Assembly: GCA_051294375.1 (NCBI GenBank)
Contig: CM119267.1
Location: 26,624,872-26,688,871 of the forward strand
DNA length: 64,000 nt
Origin: Paraspadella gotoi
Taxonomy: Eukaryota > Animalia > Chaetognatha
Direction: 5' to 3'
Shown here: one piece after another, positions 52,111 through 62,600 of the stretch
Position numbering within the stretch: position 1 is the stretch's first letter
Layout of the letters: each line of letters starts with the position of its first letter
Notes under the pieces: model-generated
Told to the model about the DNA's origin: nothing
What the model saw: the letters and a program-made list of their open reading frames with translations, nothing else
Databases searched by the model: none
Program-made: the position numbers and the translations under genes

Positions 52111-52297
52111 TAAAGAATTTGTGAAATGTGAAGTTGAAAAAATGAAAGAAAAGTTTAGTTTTATTTTTTAATATCGTATTAATCATAATTGTGTGGTAGG
52201 AAAGTGTGTGATTGAGCACACATATAAAGTTTTGATTGAATCGAGGAGTGAAAATGAGTTTGCATAAAAAAACCAAAGTCAAATTAACTTGAATTTT

Positions 52298-53907
52298 TAG
52301 TCGGATCTGCTTATCAGCAGATCCCGACTCTATAACTCACTTTTTATAACTCACTTTTCGGTCCGTCGGTCCGCCCCTCAATATTGTCGGGCACACCTTA
52401 TATCATGTCAGAACATCGAATTATGATAAATTATGCAAAAAAATGATCCGTCCGTCCGTCTGTCTGTCCGTCCGTCCGTCCGTCCGTCCCACCTTAGCAA
52501 AAAACACCAATTACTCGTGATTGGATGGATGGATTTAAATGAAATTTTGTGTGGTGATAGGTAAGTGTGTGATTGAGCTGGATATTAAGTTTCGATGGAA
52601 TCGGTCCGAGTGGAAATGAGTTTAAATGGAAAAAAACAAAAAATAATATTCCACTATTTGAAACACCAATTGCTCATGATGGGATGGGCTGATTGACCTG
52701 GAATTTTGTATGTGGGTAGGAAAGTGTGTGATTGAACAGGAAATCAAGTTTCGATGGAATAGTTTGAGTGGAAATGAGTTAAATGGAAAAAAAACAAAAA
52801 ACCTTTTTACTAATTGATTATGCTTCTTTTTCCTTTTATATTAAATGTATCTGCAGGATGTATTAATAATCAAATAATTAATCAGTTAATTAATCAATTA
52901 GTAATAAATAATCAATAATTAATTAATTAGTCAATCAATCCGTCCATCCGTCCCATCTTAGCAAAAAGCTCCAATAACTCGTGATTGGCTGGTTGGATTG
53001 GAATTAAATTTTGTGTGTGGGTAGGAAAGTGGGTGATAAAGCTGGATATAAAATTTCGATGGAATCGTGTGAGTGGAAATTAGTTTAAATTGTAAAAAAC
53101 ATAAGTCGAATTTTCTAAAATCTTTTTTACTTATTTTAACCAATAAATACTCCAATTAATCATAATTGGATGGATAGATTGAGTTGAAATTTTGTGCTGT
53201 GGTAGGAAAAACGTATGAGACGAAAGCTTGATATAAAGTTCAGTGGAAACGTACCAGTGGAAAATGAGTTTAAATGAAAAAAATATGAGTCACATTTACT
53301 TGAATCTTTTATTTATTTTAACCCATGATAGATTGAGATGAAATTTTGTGAGCGCGTAGGAAAGTGAGTGAAGAAGCTAGATATAAAGTTCGTGACAGGA
53401 ATGCAAGTTGAAAAAATTATGAAAGTTGAAAAATGATGCAAGGTTAAAAAAATCTTAAAAGCATAAAGGATCGTCGTATTATTGCATAAAAGAGAGAGAG
53501 AGAGAGAGAAAGAGAGAGTGAGAGAGAAGAGAGAAGAGTGAGAAGAGAGAGAGAGAAGGAGACATAAAATAAAAAAATCTTAAAAGACTAAGATCGAGCC
53601 AGAGCCCACTATCATAGAAAATTAATGAAAAAAACCGGGAAAAAAACGAAATGAATCATGCGATAACGAATTGTTGAATGTACTAGTAGATTGATTGATG
53701 GTAATACTAATTGATTGATGTAATAGTAATTATTGATGTAAAAGGAATTGATTTTGATTCGATGAAATGCATTATTGATGCGATGATAGTCATTCACTGC
53801 TGTGATGATAGTCATTCAGTGATGCGATGATGTCATTCATTGATGCGATGATTGCATTCATGATGCGATGATGTCAGTAAAAACAAACAAAAATGCGTGT
53901 ATTGAGT

Positions 53908-53946
<39 letters not shown>

Positions 53947-53966
53947 AAAGAGAGAGAGAGAAAGAA

Positions 53967-54012
<46 letters not shown>

Positions 54013-54473
54013 GGAGAGAAAGAATAGAAGAGAATAATCCACGAAAATCTCGGATGAAAATATGGGATTTTGTATTGAAAAAACGGCGCGGAATAAATGG
54101 CAATAATAAAAAGTTTTAGAAGGAAAAAAATAATCAGAATTTTTCAAAAAACAAACGATCACGCCAAAAGATCGACAGATAGGGACAGACACACACACAG
54201 AGAGAACAGAGAGAGAGAGAGAAAAAGAGAGAGAAGAAGAGAGAGAGAGACAGCCGCTGCAGAGAAAAAGAGAAAGAGCGATATATAATAATTAAAAAAG
54301 AGAGAGAGAGAGAGAAGCTCTACAGCCCCTTTACTCGTTAAAAGGAATCAGCAGTACTTATGGCGCCGCACGTAGCGTGAGCTATTCTCTACCCAAGGAC
54401 CCGGTGTTTCGCGCCCTGTTCGCGGCATCGTTTTTACATTAGTGAACCCACATTATATCTAAAAAATTTTTTG

Positions 54474-54517
<44 letters not shown>

Positions 54518-55070
54518 AGAAAGAAGCTGGACAGACGCTGCAAGACCGGAACCTCGTTTTTAGAAGAAGCTAGTGACGAGAGAAAAGAGAGAGAGAGAGA
54601 GAGCGACATACTAATTAAAACGTTTTTTTTTGTAAATAAAACATAAACAAATACCAATTTGATATGACAACATGAGAATTTTAAAGATCTTGATGATTAG
54701 GAAGCCCATATATGAAAATTCAACTCCCATATGATATCACACTTTCAGAAGGCCATGATTGCAAAAAGCGAGACCGAAAGCTAAACCGGAAAAAAATCTA
54801 GACAGGACGGCTTTGCCCGCCTGGCTCGATTAATTAGAGGATATTTGTTTTGTTTTATAAAATTAGAAACAAACATTTATAACTGTCCTGACTCAATTTT
54901 AAGGACACATGCGATGATGACAAGCTGAATATAAATTATAATTATCTATTAATTAATGTAATTTAATTAATCAATATTAATTAATTAATTAATCTATTAA
55001 TTAATTAATTATCAATATTAAATTAATTAATTCTTCGTAGGGCAGTCCGACATTGTTGCTCAAACTTGTT
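52298..55070 (+). mobile_element. Composite HINE family 1 element (second copy)
   Basis: Same internal order as 9981-12961, including the inverted family 3 insert and (GA)n tracts. Confidence 0.8.
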
Positions 55071-55272
55071 TTTATATTAGCTTAACTGATAATGTATTAA
55101 TTAATTGATGCAAGTTGAAAGATTGATGCGAGTTGAAAAAATGATGCAAGTGAAAAAATGATGGCGAGTTATTTTTTACTATAAAATTTATTTATTTTTA
55201 TCTATTTATTCACCGCTGATTACCGCTTAATTATCGTGAGTAGATCCGCTATTGTTTGCTCAAACTTGTTAA

Positions 55273-55930
55273 GGCGGGATCACTCGCCAAAAGTTATAAA
55301 TAGGATAACACAAAGCTAGGATTTGGAAAGTAGAGGTCCCGACAATTCCGAAAATGTATTCGCTTTAATTTTTCTTAAACTTCCGTTGGTCGTTTTTTTT
55401 TCAAATTTTATATTACTTACTAAAATAAGAAAATATCGGAAGAGTGGCAGCCCATACGGCGGAAGCGGATTTGATGAAATTTAACATAATTTTACTTCTG
55501 GTGAAGGTCCCCAATTCTATGAGAGGGAAAAAAAATAATTAAATTTTGGCGTTAAAATCTAAATATCTTGAAAACAAATAACATTTTCCAAAATCCCTCT
55601 CTACATAAACGTTTATATTTTCATCGTTAATTGATCCAATTACATCATAAGAATGACTAGGTTTTAGGTTTTAGGTACACTCAGGTAGCTGATGTTAATT
55701 GAAAAAAAAATTAAAATTCGCATTTAAAAATGACTTTACTGTCTTAAATGAAATTTTTTAAGTTTACCAATAAATAAAATTGCCCGATTTTTGGGTGGCT
55801 TAGTCAAATTTAGCTGAATCTTAGTCAAATTTAGTTTTTTTTATTTGAAACACGAAGGAAAAATACTTCTTTTGCATAAAAACAATTTGTATTGAGCTTT
55901 ATGCAATACTTGTTTGAGTGATCCCAGGCC
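55273..55930. mobile_element. TTAA-flanked non-autonomous DNA transposon
   Basis: ttaa-ggcgggatcactc ... gagtgatcccaggcc-ttaa. Confidence 0.7.
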
Positions 55931-57656
55931 TTAAAGAAATAAGGAAATAAGTAAAAAGAAAAGTAATGCGGCGCAACACCTTGGAATAACCGTTCCTTGT
56001 TTTAATGAATTATTGAAAGTTTGATGTATTTGGTTTTTTAGTCTTATCAGCAGATCCCGACTCTATAATTCACTTTGTCGGTCCGTCGGTCCCCCCCTAA
56101 ATCTTGTTGGGCATTCAAATCATGTCAGAACATCAAATTATGCAAAAAAAAAGATGTCTGTCTGTTAGATCTACCAAAAATCAATAACCACACTAGATCT
56201 CTCTTAACGACTTCTTCTGTTTGGTTTTTTTTTGTCTGCTCTATAAATTGGAACCATAAAAACAAAAAAAGTTGACCGGAATAAAACTCATTTTTGCGGT
56301 GTTTGAACATAATAATTTATAGTCACTTTAAATATAAAATCGATTTTAATCATATATTTTAGATAATTTTAAGATAAATTTTTGATTAGTATCATAATTA
56401 CTATTAATATTTATTTAATAATTTTTATTTTTTTAAATAAAAATATTATTATTATATTGACTAAATTTAATTAAATTTTGCTTTATTAACTTATTAATAG
56501 TAATTTTTTTAATTTGGGCTTACCCTTTACCCTATCTTATATTAAACATGGCCATTCAGCCTGTTCTACTTAAAAGTAATAAATATGCAGGTTATAACAA
56601 AATAATTTTTAATTTTTTATAAAAATTATTTTTTAAATTAATTCTTGAAAATTTAAAAATATTAATTATAAAATAAATAAATCTAAATTAAGGTAAAAAA
56701 GAATCTATAACCTTGAATTATATCAGTATATGAATTTATTTAATCTTAACAGGTCTTTCACTGTTTTAGTCGCTTTCTCTGCTTTTTTGTGGGAAACTCT
56801 TTTGTGCAAATCGTTCAAATTAATTTCCTACCTAAAAGGTTAAACAGGATCTAAAGATAATATTGTCTAAAAATACATGAGATGATTCTCATTTTGATAA
56901 ATATGATGCCTCGCCACTTTCTCTATAACGCGTTCCCTCAGTTATTATTTGACCAGTCTTTTACTGGTCGGCCAACTGTTTTAGCGTTCTTTTATCTGAC
57001 AAAGTTCTTTACACATTTCATTATTAATTTATTTATTCAAAACACTTATTCATGATTTGTTATTACTTATTTGATATTTATATCATTTTAAAATATTTCC
57101 CTTATATTAAAAGCAGCAATGTACATTATTGGGAGATATAAAAAAATAAAGTAATGACTAAATATTTGAGCCTGGTTCAAAGCTTAGGACCTATTCCATT
57201 TCTGCTGAGGGGGCACAAAAGATGGTTAATAATCTTTAGCACACTTAGCGCCTTATCCACACTGGTAAACTCATCTTGTCGAGTGTATTCTGACCTTATT
57301 CCAGGCTCCCAGACTTGCTGAAGATTTCTCCCTTCTCTCTACTGAAAACAGTATAGGGTGGGGGGCATTTAGTCGGGTATTGCATATGTTCACCCCTTCA
57401 GTCTAGAACCGGTAGCTAATTTAGTAATACCATCAGCTCATAGCCATTTTGGGTCCTGGAAAACCCTCAAGCTAGGTTCCAAGCTTGGGAACCATTCAAT
57501 GAAACCATTCCATTGCTGCTGAAGGGGCACAAAAGATGCAGATAGTAGTCTTCAGCCCACTTTGCGCTTCATCCATATATCTTTCTCTCACTAAATATTT
57601 AAAAATTTTTTGTCTTAATCTTATTTTTCTGTACCTCCCAATAATATTCTATTTAT

Positions 57657-58268
57657 TGTGTGAAATCCTTTCTTTCGTTGTGTTTTGTAATGAGAAAGAG
57701 TTTGAAATAGTTTTACAACGATTTATTTTAAACAGTGGACATGTTTCGACTTTGATTCAAGTCTTCATCAGCACTTGTGAATTGACAGACAATTTCAAAT
57801 TACAGGAAATGTGAGAGAGAGAGAGAAGAGAGAGGGAAAGGTTACCAATAAAGATTTTGACAGTGATTAAAGTTGAGGACAGGGTAAGTTTAGACCAGAG
57901 AGAAAGAGAGAGCGACAGATATTGAAAAGAAACTTGGTATGAGAGAGAGAGAGAGAGTGAGAAAGAGAGAGAGAGAGAGACAAAAACAGTGAATCTGGTT
58001 ATATCATACCAAGTTTCTTTTCAATATCTGTCTCTCTCTCTCTCTCTGGTCTAAACTTACCCTGTCCTTAACTTTAACCACTGTCAAAATCTTTGTTGGT
58101 AACCTTTCCCTCTCTATTTTCTCTCTCTCTTTCTCTCTCTCTCTCTCACATTTCCTGTAATTTGAAATTGTCTGTCAATTGACAAGTGCTGATGAAGACT
58201 TGAATCAAAGTCAAAACATGTCCACTGTTAAAAATAAATCGTTATAGAATTATTTTAAACTCTTTCTC
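57657..58268. mobile_element. Palindromic hammerhead-capped Penelope-like insertion F
   Basis: Inverted arms of ~270 bp; hammerheads 57738-57771(-, intact) and 58189-58222(+, AAAA); 13-bp TSD atattctatttat (57644-57656, 58269-58281). Confidence 0.9.
57738..57771 (-). ncRNA. Minimal type I hammerhead ribozyme
   Basis: Reverse complement reads gtg CTGATGA A GACTT gaatca AAGTC GAAA CATGTC cac; stem I gtg/cac. Confidence 0.82.
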
Positions 58269-58579
58269 ATATTCTATTTATATATAGCTTTATATTTATT
58301 ACTTATTAACCTTTATTACTAAGTATTATAAAGGCTTATTTAATAAAACTTAAAAGGTAAGAAAATTAAACTTACTTGCCATGTTTAATATGAGATAGGG
58401 TTATGGTTAAGCCAAATAACAAAAAATTTTACCAATAAATAGGTAAATAAGTAAGTTTAATAAATGTAATCAGTATAATAATAAAGTTATTATTAATAAT
58501 ATTAATAATAATGATAAAATAAATATTAATAATAATTAGAATTATGATAATATTTAAAAATTTGTACTAAAATTATTAA

Positions 58580-59498
58580 CAAAGTTTGATTTTATTTTGC
58601 AACGAATTTTATTAAAATAAGAGCAGATGTTTCGGCTCACAATAACGAGCCTTCATCAGCGCACATGAGTTATGACCTTGAATACACAGTTTTTAGTTAA
58701 AGTAAAAGAGAGAGAGAGAGAGAGAGGGTAAAGGTTTCCAACAAAGAATTGAGTAAGGACAGTGATCAGTGGTGAAGGACAGATTTTTAGAAGTGGCTAG
58801 TTTGAATAAGTTTTGAAAAGAAGTGAAAATTGGTGAGAGAGACAGAGAGAGACAAAATAAATAATAATTACATTTGAGCAATGTACAATATAGATAAAGA
58901 TAAGGAAACTGTTTATATAACAAATTGAAATAAATTAATTTTTGAAATTGAAAAGTTGAAAATTGAAATTGAGAGTTGAAAATTTGAGATTTTAGAGACG
59001 ATAGATAAGTAAAGATTGTAGTGAAATATAAGAATTAAGAAAGAGCTCAAAATGACTGGGCCCCCCCGGTCTTATGAAGGAGAGGTATTGCTGCGGGGCC
59101 GGGTCATTGGCGCGTCATGGGTTGAGAGGATAATGTGATTGATCTCGTGTTGGCTGGGTCAGGTATTGCTCCCCTGAGGAAACAAACCCAAGCCACCCTT
59201 ATATCCCTCTGGCCTGATGCGCCTGCCGGCGGCCCTTTTCTCACCTGACGGTGAGGTGGGCGGGTATCCACTCTTGCCACTTTAGTGACTGGGATGGTGG
59301 AATCCTCTTCATCTTCCTGTAGCCCGTCTTTTACTTTTAACTAAAACACTTGTATAAAGTTCATAACTCATGTGCGCTGATGAAGGCTCGTATTGTGAGC
59401 CGAAACATGTCTGCTCTTATAAAAAAAAATTCGTTGCAAAATAAAATCAACTTTGTTAATCTCTCAAACAACAAAAAAGAAAGGATAATTACCATGAA
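58580..59498. mobile_element. Hammerhead-capped Penelope-like insertion D
   Basis: Minus-strand main copy with ORF C-terminus ~59330-59105; short inverted right arm with intact hammerhead 59377-59411; 15-bp TSD tactaaaattattaa (58565-58579, 59499-59513). Confidence 0.88.
59377..59411 (+). ncRNA. Minimal type I hammerhead ribozyme
   Basis: gcg CTGATGA A GGCTC gtattgt GAGCC GAAA CATGTC tgc. Confidence 0.8.
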
Positions 59499-61044
59499 TA
59501 CTAAAATTATTAAAAATATTAGTTCAAATCGATTTTATCTTAAAAGTTCTTACTAAATTCTTAGGTTCAAACACCGCCAAAAAGGCAATAGTACTCTATC
59601 ATTGAATCGCTCTTGTGAGTTTTATTCGCGGTCGATTTTTTTTTGTTTTATGGTTCCAAAGTATAGAGCAGACAAGAAACTAGAATAAACGCAAGATAGA
59701 AGAAGTCGTTAAGAGACATCTAGTGTGGTTATTGATTTTTGGTTGATCTACTGTCTGTTCGTCCCCCCTTAGCAAAAAATTCCAATTACTCGTGATTGGA
59801 TGGATGTATTGGAATGAAATTTTGTGTGTGGTTAAGAAAGTGTATGATTGAGCTTGATATAAAGTTTCGATGAAATCGATCGAGTGGAAATGAGTTTGAA
59901 TGGAAAAAAAATTAGTCACATTAACTTAAAACTTTTTACTAATTCTAACCCATAATTACTCGAATTAATCACTGGGAAGATGGGTATCTAGCTAAAGGTA
60001 GGTACTAACTGGTCTCTCATCAGGGAAAAGATGTAAGTATGGTAAGGAATATATTGGTAATAGGTAAATAGCTATAAAAAAGGGAACATGGGTACATAAA
60101 AGGGAGAGAAGGGAGAGGGAAGGTTTGCAGACCCCGAGACCGAGAGGAGAAGTTAAGAGAGTGAGTCCGATCTCCAAGACTTTATCCGTGACTCCGGGGA
60201 TGAAGAGGAGGGGACGACGAGGGGAGGAGGAGGCGTTGAGAGGGGGAAGAGAAGGCCCGGGGGAGAGAGAGGTTCTGGCGGTAAGGTGAATCATAATTTT
60301 ATGTGTGATAGGAAAGTGTTTTTGAGCACGATATTTCATTAACTAATTAATTAAGTTAAATAAATGATGCAAATTTGAAAAATGATGCGAGTAAATAATA
60401 AATAATAAATAAATAATTATTTCTACTATAGTTAGCGGTAGCCGACCAAATTCAAATTTTAGTGGGAACAGCATTAAACGAATCTATTATTGGTATTAGT
60501 TATTGTGTTACAAAAATTTTTTTTTAAATGTTCCGAACCATGAGTAATTTGCTAATTAAAATTACTATATTTCTATATAATGTAAAAAAATTTGTTTAGA
60601 TATTTTAAGTTTTTTTAATTGATTCTGATAAAGCTAAAATAATCGGATGATGATGATTTTTTTAGGTTTTTCCCAATTTCGACCCACTTATCATCAGAAT
60701 ATTGAAAAAATAATTATACTTTATGTAGACAACTTTTTATCAGGTTTTAAAAATACAAAATTTAAGAAAAAATTTTTAACATTTCCTATCTATAAATAAA
60801 ATAATAAAAAAATTAGTTGTGCTTCTAGCCATTTTAGAAAATTTTGGTCCTTTGAAAGTTTTCTCAGAAATGTATGAAGTTTCATTTGGGAAGGTTCCCA
60901 AATCAAACTTCTGACCCACCCCATTGACAAAGTTTGGCTCTGCTATAGTAACAGTTCAGTTTATTTATTTATCTGATTACCGCTTAATTTACGTGGGCAG
61001 ATCCGACATTGTTTGCTCAAACTTGTTTATTTTAAATTAGAATT

Positions 61045-61870
61045 AAACAAGTTTGAGCAAACAATGTCGGATCTGCCCACGATAATTAAGCGGTAATAAG
61101 CTAAATAAATAAATAAATATTATAGTAAAGATAATTACAAATAAAGTACAAATTATTTTTTTCACTTGCATCATTTTTTTAACTCGCATCATTTTTTCAA
61201 CATTCATCATTTTTTCAACCTGAATCATTCTTTCAACTTGCATCATTCTTTCAACTTGCATCATTCTTTCAACTTGCATCATTCTTTCAACTTGCATCAT
61301 TCTTTCAACTTGCAACAATCTTTCAATTTGCATCATTTTTTTAACTTGCATAATTTTTCAAATTGCATCATTTTTCACTTAATTAATTAAATAAATAATT
61401 AATTAATAAAAAAATCATAAGTAAGCATAAATAATAAAAATTCAAGTCGACTTGACTTTGGTTTTTTCCATGCAAACTCATTTCCACTCCTCGATTCCAT
61501 CAATCATACACTTTCTTACCCACACACAAAATTTCATCCAATTCTATCCATCCAATTATGAATAAATCGATTAATTATGGATTAAAATTATTAAAAGATT
61601 CAATAAAAGGACTTATTTTTTTTCCATTTAAAACTTATTTCCACTCTCACGATTCCCATCTAAAACATTAATATCCAAGCTCAAATCACAACTTCCTAAC
61701 CACACAACAGTGTGTCATTCCACATCAAAACATCCAATCACAAGGTAATTGGATTTTTGCTAACGGACCGGACGGACAATAGTTTTTTTGTTTTTTTGCA
61801 TAATTATTATAAGTTCGATGTCTGACATTTGAAATTAATTAATGGCCCGACAAGACTGAGGGCAGACTTT
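61045..61870 (-). mobile_element. HINE family 1 copy with 18-bp array (61160-61380)
   Basis: Reverse-complement 3' end at 61045-61080, tail-to-tail with a + copy ending at 61028. Confidence 0.75.
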
Positions 61871-61902
61871 TTGCGTAGTTTAATATTTGGCGATCAATTT
61901 TT

Positions 61903-62600
61903 TAGTCGGATCTGCTTATATTTCCACTTGCGTCCGTTGGTCTGCGACCCCTCAATCTTGTGGCAATAACTTATTCATTCAGAACATCAGAATTATGAAA
62001 ATTGCAAAAAAAAACGATGTGTCCGTCTCTCGCTCCCACCTTCACACCAATAACTCGTGATTGGATGATGGATGGAATGATAATTTTGATGTGTGGTTAA
62101 GGAGTGTGTGATTGAGCTGCATAGAAGTTCGATGGAATCGCCGAGGGGAAATGAATTTAAATGGAAAAACAAAAAAATATATTTCACTATTTGAATACCA
62201 ATTACTCATAGTGGATGGGGCGATTTGACTTGAAATTTTGTATTTGGGTAGAAAAGTACGTGATTAAACTGGAAATCAAGTTTCGATCGAATCGTTTGAG
62301 TCGAAATGAGTTAAAATGGAAAAAACAAAAAACCTTTTTCACTAATTGATTATGCTTCTTTTTCTTTTTATAATAAATGTATATGCAAGATGTATAAATT
62401 AATCAAATAATTAATCAGTTAATTAATCAATTAGTCAATTAATGAATCAATTATTAATTAATCAATCAATTAATCAAAACAAATATTTCAGATCAAGTTA
62501 ATTAATTAATTGACTAATTAACTTGAATTAATTAATTTATTAATTATTTAATTACCGATAATGATCGTGGGCAGATCCGACATTGTTTGCTCAAACTTGT
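61903..62600 (+). mobile_element. HINE family 1 copy
   Basis: tagtcggatctgc ... gcagatccgacattgtttgctcaaacttgtt. Confidence 0.8.

Larger units (their letters stand above)
56166..59750. mobile_element. hAT-like element inserted in a HINE1 microsatellite, hosting Penelope-like insertions F and D
   Basis: Long imperfect TIRs starting tagatc...gatcta; 8-bp TSD ctgtctgt (56158-56165, 59751-59758). Confidence 0.75.

Noticed and set aside
420-59411. Selection against sense-strand ribozymes in host introns
   Set aside because: 4 of 8 plus-strand and 3 of 8 minus-strand motifs are damaged; no meaningful bias in this sample.
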